Assembly (NCBI GenBank): GCA_003670735.1
Contig: QWQU01000001.1
Coordinates: 1,574 to 65,573, forward strand
Source of the DNA: Chloroflexota bacterium
Lineage (GTDB): Bacteria > Chloroflexota > Dehalococcoidia > UBA2979
Direction: 5' to 3'
DNA: 64,000 nucleotides
In this document: positions 1 to 14,826 of the stretch, piece by piece
Position numbering within the stretch: the first letter of the stretch is position 1
Layout of the letters: every line of letters starts with the position of its first letter
The notes under the pieces: model-generated
Databases searched by the model: none
Seen by the model: the letters and a program-made list of their open reading frames with translations, nothing else
Told to the model about the DNA's origin: nothing
Translations under genes and position numbers: made by a program

Positions 1-83
1 GGTGTCCTTCAACGAGGACTACATGGACGCCATCCCATCGCTCGGTATCAACCTGTCTGGCCGTGAATCGGAGGACATCAACC

Positions 84-91
<8 letters not shown>
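1..91 (+). CDS. rpoB: DNA-directed RNA polymerase beta subunit, 3' end only (partial)
   Basis: Frame 2 reads ...[29 protein letters not shown] with no stops, resembling RpoB C-termini (E. coli ...[23 protein letters not shown]). TGA at 89-91. Gene order rpoB-rpoC. Confidence 0.7.
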
Positions 92-4439
<4,348 letters not shown>

Positions 4440-4486
4440 CCGACTTGTCGGTTTTCGCCCATCGTGGCGAAACGCTGGTCTCGTAC

Positions 4487-4523
4487 GAAGCCCCCGAGTC
4501 ATCTCGGGGGCTTCGTTTTGTCT
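4487..4523 (+). terminator. Rho-independent terminator downstream of rpoC
   Basis: GAAGCCCCCGAG-TCAT-CTCGGGGGCTTC 12-bp perfect stem followed by GTTTTGTCT. Confidence 0.75.
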
Positions 4524-4535
4524 CGGAGGGGAGCG

Positions 4536-4904
4536 CTATTTCGGCGGGAGCGTCGCGACGTACTCGCGGGAGCGAGCGATCCACTTCGCGAGGGACGCCT
4601 TCGTCTTGAGCGCCTCGAGGTCGACGGTGAGCCAGCCCTGCATCGGGCGGCCGGTGATGTCGAAGGGGTGCACTCGAGGCTGCTTGAGGGGCGCCTCGGT
4701 CTGCTCGCGCGGGACGCGGATCAGGAGGCGGTCGGCATGCACGCCAACCAGCATCCGCATTGAGCTCTTCGCCTGACGGCTCATCGGGGCTCGCCACATG
4801 AACACGAGGCCGCCAAACATCTGCTGCTCGCGGATGTCGGGGGCGTCCTCGGACGCCGCGAGGAGTGCGCGGACGCGCTCGGCGAGCTGCTCGTTGTAGG
4901 GCAT
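4536..4904 (-). CDS. TfoX N-terminal domain-like protein
   Basis: 122-aa ORF, convergent with rpoC. The MFGGLVFMWRA...MLVGV segment resembles the TfoX_N MFGG motif. Assigned by eye only. Confidence 0.5.
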   Translation of the reverse strand: MPYNEQLAERVRALLAASEDAPDIREQQMFGGLVFMWRAPMSRQAKSSMRMLVGVHADRLLIRVPREQTEAPLKQPRVHPFDITGRPMQGWLTVDLEALKTKASLAKWIARSREYVATLPPK

Positions 4905-4986
4905 GGCGGAAATTCTACGCAGGTTCGCGGCGCTGCTACCCTGAAGGTGTTAGCGCCGCCCCCTGTTCGGGAAGGATCCATCGAGT

Positions 4987-6234
4987 ATGGCCGAGAGCGC
5001 CCTCGATACAGCGATCAAGCAGTTCCATGAAGCCGCTGACCGCGCGGCGCTGGACGCCAGCCAGCGAGAAATCCTGATCGCGTTCAAGACCGTGTTCGAG
5101 ACCGAGTTCCCGGTCGAGATGGACGACGGCACGTTCCAGGTGTTCCGCGGCTACCGCGTGCACCACAACAACGCCCGCGGTCCAGTGAAGGGCGGCGTGC
5201 GCTTCTCGGCCGAGGTGAGCCTCGACGAGGTCAAAGCTCTCGCGATGTGGATGACGTGGAAGTGCGCCGTCGTGGGCATTCCATTTGGCGGGGCGAAGGG
5301 CGGCGTGATCGTCGATCCCTCGAAGCTCTCGCAGAACGAGCTCCAGAATCTGACTCGTCGTTACACGGCGGAGATCACGCCGATCATCGGGCCCGACAAA
5401 GACATCCCGGCGCCAGACATGGGCACGAACGCTCAGACGATGGCGTGGATGATGGACACGTACTCGATGGGGCACGGGTTCACGATCCCCGGTGTTGTCA
5501 CTGGGAAGCCGGTGGCTGTCGGTGGCTCAGAGGGGCGCTACGAAGCGACCGGTCGCGGGCTGCTGTTCATCCTCGAAGAGCATCTGCGCGAAGCGGGTGG
5601 CGTGCGCGGCAAGCGGATCGCGGTGCAGGGCTTCGGCAACGTCGGCGGTGTCGCCGCTCGGCTGATGCATCGCGCCGGCGCGATCGTGCAGTACATCTGC
5701 GACAAGGACACGGGTATCTATCGCGCCGAGGGCGTCGACTGCGACTCGGCGTTCGCGTTCATCGAGTCCGGTGGATTGCTCAAGGACTGGACTGGTGAGG
5801 GTGAGCGAATTCCGCCCGCCGACGTGCTGACCGCTGATGTGGACGTGCTCGTGCCTGCGGCGATCGAGCACTCGCTGACCGCGGAGAACGCGCCGCTAGT
5901 GAAGGCACCGTTGATCCTTGAGGGCGCCAATGGGCCGACGACGCCCGAGGCGGATGCGATTTTCCTCGAGCGCGGCATCCCGGTGATTCCCGACGTGCTC
6001 GCGAATGCGGGCGGCGTGACCGTCTCCTACTTCGAGTGGGTGCAGGCGCGGCAGTACCTGCACTGGAGCGAGGAGCAGGTCAACGAGGAGTTGCGGCGGA
6101 TCATGGTGACGGCGTATCGCGCGATTCAGCAGCGCGTCGCCTCCAACCCCGGCACCACGATGCGGCAGGCTGCGCAATGGATCGGCGTCGAGCGCGTGAC
6201 CGAGGCGACGACGCTGCGCGGCATCTACCCGTAG
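4987..6234 (+). CDS. gdh: Glu/Leu/Phe/Val-family glutamate dehydrogenase
   Basis: 415 aa. RGPVKGGVRFSAEVSLDEVKALAMWMTWKCAVVGIPFGGAKGGV is the GDH glycine-rich/catalytic Lys region. C-terminal NAD-binding GFGNVGG. Confidence 0.9.
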   Translation: MAESALDTAIKQFHEAADRAALDASQREILIAFKTVFETEFPVEMDDGTFQVFRGYRVHHNNARGPVKGGVRFSAEVSLDEVKALAMWMTWKCAVVGIPFGGAKGGVIVDPSKLSQNELQNLTRRYTAEITPIIGPDKDIPAPDMGTNAQTMAWMMDTYSMGHGFTIPGVVTGKPVAVGGSEGRYEATGRGLLFILEEHLREAGGVRGKRIAVQGFGNVGGVAARLMHRAGAIVQYICDKDTGIYRAEGVDCDSAFAFIESGGLLKDWTGEGERIPPADVLTADVDVLVPAAIEHSLTAENAPLVKAPLILEGANGPTTPEADAIFLERGIPVIPDVLANAGGVTVSYFEWVQARQYLHWSEEQVNEELRRIMVTAYRAIQQRVASNPGTTMRQAAQWIGVERVTEATTLRGIYP

Positions 6235-6238
6235 CCGC

Positions 6239-6955
6239 GTGACAACTGCATCCAACGGGGATGGGCACGAGCGCATCGCGGTGATCGTGCTGGCGGCGGG
6301 CTCGTCGTCGCGCATGGCTGGCATCGACAAGATCTGGGCTGACCTCGGTGGGGTTGCGCTGCTCGCGCATGCGCTGCGCGCGGCGAGCATGCTCATCGGC
6401 GTGACTGACGTCGTGGTCGTGAGCAGCGGTGCGCGGCACGCAGACATCACGGCACTAGCCTCGACGGTTGGCGTCGAGGTGCGTTGCGTCGAAGGTGGCG
6501 CGCGACGGCAGGACTCGGTGGCGCGGGGGATCGAGGCGGCACCGGACGCGGACTATTACCTCGTGCATGACGGTGCGCGGCCGCTGGCGAGTACTGCGTT
6601 GTTTACACGCGTGCTCGATGCTGCGCGCATGCATGCAGCAGTCGTGCCGGCGGTGCCGGTGGTGGACACGGTGAAGCGCCTCGATGGCCACGGTCGGGTG
6701 CTCGAGACCGTAGACCGCAGCGCGCTCGCCGCCGTGCAGACGCCGCAAGGGTTCGCGGGAGAGCTGCTCCGGCGTGCCCATCGCGAGGTCACGGCGGACG
6801 CCACCGATGACGCCTCGATGGTCGAGGCGATGGGCGAACCAGTCGTGACGGTGACGGGCGATTCTGCGAATCTGAAGGTGACGACGCCACGCGACCTTGT
6901 GATCGCGCGCGCACTGCTCGCCGCAGCGTCCGATCGAGATGGGTCCGAGGGGTAG
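6239..6955 (+). CDS. ispD: 2-C-methyl-D-erythritol 4-phosphate cytidylyltransferase
   Basis: IAVIVLAAGSSSRMAGIDKIW N-terminal nucleotidyltransferase motif. GTG start. 4 nt after the gdh stop and 13 nt before ispF. Confidence 0.85.
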   Translation: MTTASNGDGHERIAVIVLAAGSSSRMAGIDKIWADLGGVALLAHALRAASMLIGVTDVVVVSSGARHADITALASTVGVEVRCVEGGARRQDSVARGIEAAPDADYYLVHDGARPLASTALFTRVLDAARMHAAVVPAVPVVDTVKRLDGHGRVLETVDRSALAAVQTPQGFAGELLRRAHREVTADATDDASMVEAMGEPVVTVTGDSANLKVTTPRDLVIARALLAAASDRDGSEG

Positions 6956-6967
6956 ACGGGGCACGTC

Positions 6968-7450
6968 ATGCGCGTCGGTATCGGCTACGACATTCACCGG
7001 TTCCGCGAGGACGGCACGCTCCGCCTCGGTGGGATCGAGATCTCGGAGGCACCTCAGCTTGATGGGCACTCCGACGGCGACGCGCTGATTCACGCGGTAA
7101 TCGACGCCATCCTCGGTGCAGCCGGCGAGGGCGATATCGGGCAGCACTTCCCGCCAGGCGACCCGGCCACGCGCGGCATCGACAGCCGCGAGCTGCTGAC
7201 CCGCATGGTGCGACTGGTCTCGGCACGCGGGTTCGTGGTGCACAACGTGGATGCGACCGTGATCGCCGAGCGGCCACGGCTCGGCCCACACATCGCAACG
7301 ATGCGCGAAGCACTAGCGCGCTGCCTGAGCGTGCCCTCCTCCGCGGTGAACGTGAAGGCGACGACGCACGAGCGCTTCGGCTCGCTCGGAAGCGGCGAGG
7401 CGCTGGCAGCGCTCGCGACCGTGCTGCTCGACGAAGACAGCGCCTCGTAG
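6968..7450 (+). CDS. ispF: 2-C-methyl-D-erythritol 2,4-cyclodiphosphate synthase
   Basis: MRVGIGYDIHRF...GHSDGDALIHAVIDAILGA is the canonical IspF signature. 160 aa. Confidence 0.92.
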   Translation: MRVGIGYDIHRFREDGTLRLGGIEISEAPQLDGHSDGDALIHAVIDAILGAAGEGDIGQHFPPGDPATRGIDSRELLTRMVRLVSARGFVVHNVDATVIAERPRLGPHIATMREALARCLSVPSSAVNVKATTHERFGSLGSGEALAALATVLLDEDSAS

Positions 7451-7633
7451 TTGGGGCGTCGGGCTAACGCTGCGGCGGCCCTGGCGTGGCGTGCGCTATC
7501 CTAGAACGACGATGAACCACCTCGACGGCCACGAGCTGTTCGCCTGCGCGTGTGCGCGCTGTCTCCAGGGGTAGCCGCTTCCTGCCGGCGCCCCGAGCCA
7601 CCACACTCCACTACGCGCAGAAGGGAGCCGCCG

Positions 7634-8323
7634 ATGAGCTGGCTCGCTCGACTTCACGAAGACATCGGTGCTGCTCGGCAGCGTGACCCCGCTGCCCGCA
7701 ACAACCTCGAGGTCCTCGTCACTTATCCGGGCATTCACGCGCTGCTGATCTATCGGCTCGCGCACGGGCTCGCCGAACGCGGGTGGGTGCTGCTGCCACG
7801 GCTGATCTCGCACTTTGGTCGCTGGGTGACCGGGATCGAGATTCACCCGCGCGCCACGATCGGCCGACGGCTGTTCATCGACCACGGCATGGGGATCGTG
7901 ATCGGCGAGACCGCTGTGATCGGTGACGACTGCCACCTCTACCAGGAGGTCACGCTCGGCGGCACCTCCACACGACGCGAGAAGCGCCACCCCACCCTCG
8001 AAAACGGCGTGGTGGTTGGTGCCGGCGCGAAGATCATTGGCGCGGTGACAATCGGCTCGCACGCGCGGATCGGCGCGGGCAGCGTGGTGATCTCGAACGT
8101 ACCGCCGTTCGCGACGGTCGTGGGTGTGCCCGGACACATCGTGGCATTCACCAACGCGACCAACGACACGGTGGAGCGCCTGCCCGACCCCGAGTGGGAT
8201 CGCCTGCAGGACCTCGAGCGCCGCATTGCAGAGCTCGAGCGACACGCGGGGACGGCTGCACCCGGTGGCGGCTTCGACGGCGGCGCTGCACCACGTACGA
8301 CCAGCGGCGAGGGAGCCCCGTAG
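7634..8323 (+). CDS. cysE: serine O-acetyltransferase
   Basis: Hexapeptide-repeat region ([44 protein letters not shown]). Start moved to ATG 7634 with AAGGGAG RBS (spacing 6) inside the longer ORF 7550..8323. Confidence 0.9.
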   Translation: MSWLARLHEDIGAARQRDPAARNNLEVLVTYPGIHALLIYRLAHGLAERGWVLLPRLISHFGRWVTGIEIHPRATIGRRLFIDHGMGIVIGETAVIGDDCHLYQEVTLGGTSTRREKRHPTLENGVVVGAGAKIIGAVTIGSHARIGAGSVVISNVPPFATVVGVPGHIVAFTNATNDTVERLPDPEWDRLQDLERRIAELERHAGTAAPGGGFDGGAAPRTTSGEGAP

Positions 8324-9816
8324 TGCGGCTGTACAATACACTCACCTCGACGGTTGATAACTGGGCGCCGATGCAGACGGGCCAGGTCGGCATCTACGTC
8401 TGCGGTGTGACGCCGTACTCGGAGAGCCACATCGGGCATGCGATGTCGGCGATCGTGTACGACGTGCTCGTGCGCTACCTGCGCTGGGGCGGCAACTCGT
8501 TCGGCGGGATGCAGGTCACGTACGTCTCGAATTACACAGACGTGGACGACAAGCTGATCGTGCGCGGGCACGAGCTGGGCATCGACCCGCTCGTGCTGGC
8601 GGACCAGAACATCGCGCAGTGGGAAGGCGAGCAGGCACAGCTCGGCCTCACGCCACCTGACGTGCGACCTCGTGTGAGCCTCGAGATCGAGGCGATCCTC
8701 GCGCTCACGGAGCAGCTGATCGCGAATGGCGCTGCGTACTCGACACCCTCCGGTGACGTGTACTTTCGCGTGCGCGCCGACGACGACTACGGGAAGCTCT
8801 CGCACCGCAACATCGAGGAGCTGCGCTCCGGCACACGCTTCGAGCCCGATGACGAGAAGGAATTCCCACTCGACTTCGCGCTGTGGAAAGGCACAAAGCC
8901 CGGCGAGCCGTCGTGGGCATCGCCGTGGGGCGAGGGGCGCCCCGGCTGGCACATCGAGTGCTCCGCGATGGCGCAGCGCTACCTGGGTGACACGTTCGAT
9001 ATTCACGGTGGCGGGCTCGACCTCGTGTTCCCGCACCATGAGAACGAGGTTGCGCAGTCTGAGTCGGCGACGGGCAAGCCGTTCGCGCGCGTGTGGATGC
9101 ACAACGGCCTCGTACGCCTCGACGGCGAGAAGATGTCGAAGTCGCTCGGCAATGTGATCAGCGTGCGCGAGGCACTCGAGCGCTGGACGTCCGATGCGCT
9201 GCGCCTGTTCGTGCTCTCAAGTCACTACCGCAGCCCCAACAACATCACTGACGAAGCGATGGTTGCGGCACAGCGCGGCATCGACCGACTGACGGCGGCA
9301 CTGCGACCGTTTGAGGGCGCACCGAACCTCGATGAGCAGGAGCTGCGCGACCACCACGGCTATCCGATCGCGGAGCCGCTCGTGCGCCCGGCCGACACCG
9401 CGCGCGAGCGCTTCGTTGAGGCACTCGAGGACGACGTAAACACGGCGCAGGCGATCGCCGCGCTGTTCGACCTCGTGCGCGAGATCAATCGTCGCCGCGA
9501 TGCAGCACAGGACGCCGTGGCGGAACAACAGACGTTGCGCGAGTTGGCGGACCTACTCGGGCTGCGGCTTGCGGAAGCAGACGCTGAGGCAGACCTCGAT
9601 GTGGTCGCGCTGTCGAAGCTCGCAAAGCAGTTCGAGGTCGTGTGCGGTGGCACCGATGCGGCCTCGACGATCGAGGCGCTGCTCGCGCATCGCGAGGAGG
9701 CGCGGCAGACGCGCAGCTTTGCGGTGGCCGATGGCATTCGCGATGGACTCGCGGCTGCGGGCATCGAGATCGAAGACACACCCGCCGGGCCGCGCTGGAG
9801 CGCACGCGCCAGCTAG
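8323..9816 (+). CDS. cysS: cysteine--tRNA ligase
   Basis: CGVTPYSESHIGHAMSAIVYDVL (HIGH) and KMSKSLGN (KMSKS) motifs. GTG start at 8323 overlaps the cysE TAG by 1 nt (TAGTG). The ORF-track upstream extension 8194.. was rejected. Confidence 0.9.
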   Translation: MRLYNTLTSTVDNWAPMQTGQVGIYVCGVTPYSESHIGHAMSAIVYDVLVRYLRWGGNSFGGMQVTYVSNYTDVDDKLIVRGHELGIDPLVLADQNIAQWEGEQAQLGLTPPDVRPRVSLEIEAILALTEQLIANGAAYSTPSGDVYFRVRADDDYGKLSHRNIEELRSGTRFEPDDEKEFPLDFALWKGTKPGEPSWASPWGEGRPGWHIECSAMAQRYLGDTFDIHGGGLDLVFPHHENEVAQSESATGKPFARVWMHNGLVRLDGEKMSKSLGNVISVREALERWTSDALRLFVLSSHYRSPNNITDEAMVAAQRGIDRLTAALRPFEGAPNLDEQELRDHHGYPIAEPLVRPADTARERFVEALEDDVNTAQAIAALFDLVREINRRRDAAQDAVAEQQTLRELADLLGLRLAEADAEADLDVVALSKLAKQFEVVCGGTDAASTIEALLAHREEARQTRSFAVADGIRDGLAAAGIEIEDTPAGPRWSARAS

Positions 9817-9831
9817 CGACCTCGTGATCCG

Positions 9832-11598
9832 CTAGAAGCGCATCATCCGGCGGCGCGTCACGACGATGAGCGCGACGATCGTCGCGAGCACCGCCACGGC
9901 CAGCAGACGCAAGCCAATCGAGGTCTCGATACCACGTTCCATCGTGGTATCCGGCGTCGGGCTCGGTGCGACGGACTGGGCAGGGCCGGTGCCGGTCGCG
10001 GGCGCACGAGGCGTACTCGTTGTGCTCGCGTTTGGGCTCGGATTGCGGTCGGACGGCAGTGTTGGCGTGGCGACGATCGCCTGTGCGGGCACGGTCGGTG
10101 CCGCACGCGGCGGGTCAGCGTTGTTGCCGCAGATCGAGCCGTCCTGTGGCGTCGCACCGTTGAGCAGATACGCATTCACGACGTCATCCACGCAACGCAC
10201 ACCCGAGAGGTAGACGGTGTGGCCGTCACCCTCGTGGGTGAGTAGCACGCCGCTGGGTATTGCCTTGCGCGCAGCGAGCGCCCACTCGAACGGCGTCGCA
10301 GGATCGTTCGTGGTACCGACGATCAGGACGGGCGGCGCGCCGGTCGCACCAGTGACATCGACCGGCTGTGACGCCACCGGCCAGAGCGCGCAACCGAGGC
10401 CACCCGAAGCCATCGAGCGACCGATGCGCGGCGCAACCTTCACCAGCTCATCAGCCAGCGCGCGATAGTGCGTGAGGTCTCGTGAGTACTCGTAGTCGAG
10501 GCAGTTCACGGCGGCGTTCATCTCGAGCTGGTTTGCGTAACTGCCATCGCTCTGGCGCCCGAGGTAGGCATCGGCGAGACGCACGAACGTGCTCGCATCA
10601 CCGTTGCGGGCTTCGGCAACGGCACGCTCGAGCGCGCGCCAACTGAATGGGCGATACAGCGCCTGGAACGCGCCGAGCAGCACTTCGCCCGGTCCGGCGG
10701 GGCGGTCGAGGCCGGGCGCAGGGATCGGCCTGGTGCGCGCCTGGTCGACGAGATCTTTGATCGCGCTCCACGCGTCCTTGCCACCCTCGGACAACGGGCA
10801 TGAGCGCTGCTTGCAGCTGGCGTCAAAGCCATCAATCGCACGCTCGAAACCGATCGCCTGCTGCGCGGTCGCCTCGTCGGCAGTAAGGCCCGGATCGATC
10901 GGGCCGTCGAGCACGAGCGCACGTACGCGTGTGGGGAAGCGGTCGGCATACAGCTCGCCAAGCAACGTGCCATACGAGAAACCGACGTACGTGAGCTTCT
11001 CGTCGCCAACGGCTTCGCGAATGCGGTCCATATCACGCACGACGTCGAGCGATCCGAGGTGCGCGAGCATGTCGCCACCTCGCTGGCCACAGAGCGTGGC
11101 GAAGTCGCGCGTGATGCGTGTGACCTCGGCCCACTGGTCGTCGTTCGACGGCTCGGGCTCGCTCGCAGCGAGCTGTTGGATCTTGTCGTGGCAGAGCAGC
11201 GGCGTGCTGCCGGCGACGCCGCGCGGGTCGAAGCCAACGATGTCGAAGCGGTCACGAATCTCAACAGGAAACGCGGTCGCGATGGAGCGCGCGAAGTCCA
11301 CGCCAGAGGCGCCGGGGCCGCCAGGGTTCACAAGCAGTGAGCCGACTCGCTTCGATGGATCGCGTGCGGGGGTGCGCACCAGCGCGAGCTCGATCGTGCG
11401 GCTGTTCGCATTGGCGTAGTCGAGCGGCACGCGCAACGTCGCGCATTGATACGGCGCGCCGCACTCGACCCACGGGAGGTTGCCCTGCGCGGAGACGTGC
11501 GTCTGACCTCGACCGTTCGCGACGAGTGCGAACACGGTGACTGACAGCAACAGCGCTGCAGCGAGCGCCGACGAACGAGGCAAGCGGCGTACCATCAC
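9832..11598 (-). CDS. secreted alpha/beta-hydrolase peptidase (S33 tripeptidyl-aminopeptidase-like) with N-terminal signal peptide and C-terminal TM anchor
   Basis: 588 aa. Nucleophile elbow GFSYGT. N-terminal signal peptide MMVRRLPRSSALAAALLLSVTVFALVA. C-terminal Pro/Ser/Thr linker, then RLLAVAVLATIVALIVVTRRRMMRF. Confidence 0.75.
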   Translation of the reverse strand: MMVRRLPRSSALAAALLLSVTVFALVANGRGQTHVSAQGNLPWVECGAPYQCATLRVPLDYANANSRTIELALVRTPARDPSKRVGSLLVNPGGPGASGVDFARSIATAFPVEIRDRFDIVGFDPRGVAGSTPLLCHDKIQQLAASEPEPSNDDQWAEVTRITRDFATLCGQRGGDMLAHLGSLDVVRDMDRIREAVGDEKLTYVGFSYGTLLGELYADRFPTRVRALVLDGPIDPGLTADEATAQQAIGFERAIDGFDASCKQRSCPLSEGGKDAWSAIKDLVDQARTRPIPAPGLDRPAGPGEVLLGAFQALYRPFSWRALERAVAEARNGDASTFVRLADAYLGRQSDGSYANQLEMNAAVNCLDYEYSRDLTHYRALADELVKVAPRIGRSMASGGLGCALWPVASQPVDVTGATGAPPVLIVGTTNDPATPFEWALAARKAIPSGVLLTHEGDGHTVYLSGVRCVDDVVNAYLLNGATPQDGSICGNNADPPRAAPTVPAQAIVATPTLPSDRNPSPNASTTSTPRAPATGTGPAQSVAPSPTPDTTMERGIETSIGLRLLAVAVLATIVALIVVTRRRMMRF

Positions 11599-11601
11599 GA
11601 C

Positions 11602-12486
11602 ATGATGGTACAGACGCGCCTCACCTACTTCGTTATCTCTCTGTGTATCGCCGCGACCGTCGCGGTCGTGGGCTGCTCGCAGCAGGGCGCACCACCCGCG
11701 GCAACCTCGACCGCTGGCACGAGCACGGCCGCTCCGGCGACGGCGACTGCCACCGCCGCGCCGAGCACGGCGATCCTCTCCGCAACGGCGACCGTGCCGG
11801 CCTCGAGGCCGCCAATCGTCGAGCCGACCCGCATCGAGTGGGACTCAAAGGCAGTCACGGCGAAGCCGGACGTCTACTTCCGCATTCCGTGCCCGGCGGC
11901 AGCCGACCCGACCAAGTCGAACCCGGGCGTGGTCTTCGCCCCGGACTCGCCTACCTCGGTCGCTTGCATCACCGACGCCATGAAGGCGAACAAGGAGTCC
12001 GAGCAGGCCGCGACCTTCCTCCAGCGCTACGGGGGCTTCCTCGCGAGCGTGCAGGAGCAGGGAAAGGTGGACACGGGGACGATTTCCGCACCCTGGCAGA
12101 ACATGGGGAGGCCGGAGGCGGTCTTTCTAGGCTCCACGCCGGGGATGATCCCGCTGAGTCTGCTGGTCGGGGCTTCCTCGACCGGGCCGGTCGGGCAGTG
12201 GCTGAAGGCGCCGGCCTACGCCTCGGCGCTCGGGGCTGAGACTGACGTCATCGCGTGGTCGGAGTACGCCACGCTGGCGGCTCAGCCGGCCAGTCCGGCG
12301 GGAACCCAGCGGTTCCTGGCGACGCTGCCGGTGCGGAAGTGCCGAGCCTGCGCCGACCTCGCCCAGTTGCGGGTCATGTTCGACTTCGGGGTGGACGGGG
12401 GCTACCTCGGCTGGGAGCTTCAGGCTCCGGGCCCGGGCGGTCCGGCGCCGACGAGCATTCCCACGGGGACGGCTACGCCTCGGTAG
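11602..12486 (+). CDS. hypothetical lipoprotein
   Basis: MMVQTRLTYFVISLCIAATVAVVGCSQQ is a signal peptide plus lipobox (VVGC), followed by an Ala/Thr-rich linker. Strong GC3 bias through the ORF. Start is 3 nt from the divergent peptidase start. Confidence 0.6.
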   Translation: MMVQTRLTYFVISLCIAATVAVVGCSQQGAPPAATSTAGTSTAAPATATATAAPSTAILSATATVPASRPPIVEPTRIEWDSKAVTAKPDVYFRIPCPAAADPTKSNPGVVFAPDSPTSVACITDAMKANKESEQAATFLQRYGGFLASVQEQGKVDTGTISAPWQNMGRPEAVFLGSTPGMIPLSLLVGASSTGPVGQWLKAPAYASALGAETDVIAWSEYATLAAQPASPAGTQRFLATLPVRKCRACADLAQLRVMFDFGVDGGYLGWELQAPGPGGPAPTSIPTGTATPR

Positions 12487-12518
12487 CCTCGAAGGACGCC
12501 TCGCTGGGGTAGGACGCG

Positions 12519-12548
12519 TTGCCCTCCGGGGGGGCGTATCCGTATACT
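12519..12548 (+). promoter_or_regulatory. sigma-70-type promoter candidate for the tRNA-tuf transcription unit
   Basis: TTGCCC (12519-12524), 18-nt spacer, TATACT (12543-12548). Sits ~70 nt upstream of the first tRNA. Confidence 0.45.
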
Positions 12549-12618
12549 CATTCGGCTCGACTCCCGCCACGGCGGGGGTCGAATTCTTGTCCGGCAGTCT
12601 GGTGACGGACGGGCTCGA

Positions 12619-12694
12619 GCCCGAGTGGCGCAACGGTAGCGCAGCCGATTTGTAATCGGAAGGTTGGCGGGTTCGAATCCCCTCTCGGGCTCCA
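12619..12694 (+). tRNA. tRNA-Thr (anticodon TGT)
   Basis: 76 nt. Acceptor GCCCGAG/CTCGGGC. D-stem GCGC/GCGC. Anticodon stem GCCGA/TCGGA with loop TTTGTAA. T-loop TTCGAAT. CCA encoded. One T-stem mismatch. Confidence 0.85.
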
Positions 12695-12759
12695 CGTGAG
12701 CTTCGAGCTCCCGGTGGGAAACCAATCGGGAGTGCGTCACAAGCGACGGCAGGGACCGG

Positions 12760-12845
12760 GCAGGGGTGGGAGAGTGGTTAATTCCAGCGGTCTGTAAAAC
12801 CGCCGCTTTACGGCTACGCAGGTTCGAATCCTGCCCCCTGCACCA
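12760..12845 (+). tRNA. tRNA-Tyr (anticodon GTA), type II with long variable arm
   Basis: Acceptor GCAGGGG/CCCCTGC. Anticodon stem GCGGT/ACCGC with loop CTGTAAA. T-arm GCAGG-TTCGAAT-CCTGC. CCA encoded. 86 nt. Confidence 0.88.
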
Positions 12846-12874
12846 GCAACCAAGTATGTAGGAAGTCGTTTCGG

Positions 12875-12950
12875 GCCCTGATAGCTCAGTTGGTAGAGCG
12901 CGTTCTTGGTAAGAACGAGGTCATCGGTTCAAATCCGATTCAGGGCTCCA
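12875..12950 (+). tRNA. tRNA-Thr (anticodon GGT)
   Basis: Acceptor GCCCTGA/TCAGGGC. D-arm GCTCAGTTGGTAGAGC. Anticodon stem CGTTC/GAACG with loop TTGGTAA. T-arm ATCGG-TTCAAAT-CCGAT. CCA encoded. 76 nt. Confidence 0.9.
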
Positions 12951-12990
12951 TCAACCGTCAGCCTGATTCGATCAGTTCGAGGAGCGAGCG

Positions 12991-14190
<1,200 letters not shown>

Positions 14191-14243
14191 AAGCGACTCA
14201 TTAGAGTCGTTGCTGCGCTGAGGCGCACAGAAGGAGGGCAGCA

Positions 14244-14411
14244 ATGCCCAAGGGCCGAGAAGACCGCGAGCACATCACACTGGCCTGCAGCGTGTGCCGT
14301 GCCCGCACCTACCACACGTTCAAGAACCGCCGGAACGACCCGGAGCGGCTGGAGCTGAAGAAGTACTGCCCCAGCTGCCGGCAGCACCAGGCGCACCGCG
14401 AGACTCGATAA
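14244..14411 (+). CDS. rpmG: 50S ribosomal protein L33 (zinc-ribbon type)
   Basis: Not in the ORF track (55 aa). [55 protein letters not shown] with Cys4 motif. AAGGAGGG RBS 6 nt upstream. Canonical position between tuf and secE. Confidence 0.85.
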   Translation: MPKGREDREHITLACSVCRARTYHTFKNRRNDPERLELKKYCPSCRQHQAHRETR

Positions 14412-14488
14412 CCCGAGTCCGCTCAGGGCGCGATGGGCGACAGCGTCGCTACACTCGATGTAGCGAATACGCAGGCAGGAGCACCACG

Positions 14489-14806
14489 ATGGGCCGAGCG
14501 GCCCGACGAGAGCAAGAGCGATCGACTCGGCGACAGCCGAAGTCTGTGCCGTCGCGTGGTCTGCCGTCCGTGTCGACCTCGGCACCGCTGGCGGCTGGTG
14601 CGACGCGTCCCGCGGTTGGCCCCTGGTGGAAGCCGCGCTGGGCGATGGACATCATCAGCGAGCTGCGAAAGGTGACTTGGCCGAGCCGTCAGGAGACGAT
14701 GAACCTCACCGTTGTGGTGATCGTGATCTCGCTCCTGTTTGGCCTCGTGCTTGGTGCTGCGGACTTCGCGTTCTCGTGGGCCGTGGAATACACGCTCCTC
14801 CGATAG
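14489..14806 (+). CDS. secE: preprotein translocase subunit SecE (basic N-terminal extension)
   Basis: C-terminal ELRKVTWPSRQETMNLTVVVIVISLLFGLVLGAADFAFSW is the SecE TM signature. Start at ATG 14489 (AGGAG, spacing 7). The ORF-track start 14294 overlaps rpmG and was rejected. ATG 14647 is a possible alternative. Confidence 0.72.
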   Translation: MGRAARREQERSTRRQPKSVPSRGLPSVSTSAPLAAGATRPAVGPWWKPRWAMDIISELRKVTWPSRQETMNLTVVVIVISLLFGLVLGAADFAFSWAVEYTLLR

Positions 14807-14826
14807 AACGCAGGCAGGAACTCCCT

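Noticed and set aside
7451-7633. Possible T-box or riboswitch leader upstream of cysE-cysS
   Set aside because: No GGGTGGNACCGCG T-box sequence, no specifier/antiterminator arrangement and no convincing conserved structure seen. Left as plain 5' region.
12695-12874. tRNA-Gly expected between tRNA-Tyr and second tRNA-Thr (as in E. coli thrU-tyrU-glyT-thrT-tufB) and tRNA in the 65-nt spacer after the first tRNA-Thr
   Set aside because: The spacers (65 nt and 29 nt) lack an acceptor/T-arm (no GTTCGAATC/TTCRANT with matching stems). Only a small CTCCCG...CGGGAG hairpin is present.
14191-14243. Terminator between tuf and rpmG
   Set aside because: Two short hairpins (CGACTC-ATTA-GAGTCG, CTGCGC-TGAG-GCGCA) are present, but no U-tract follows. 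More likely a processing/attenuation structure, not called as a terminator.
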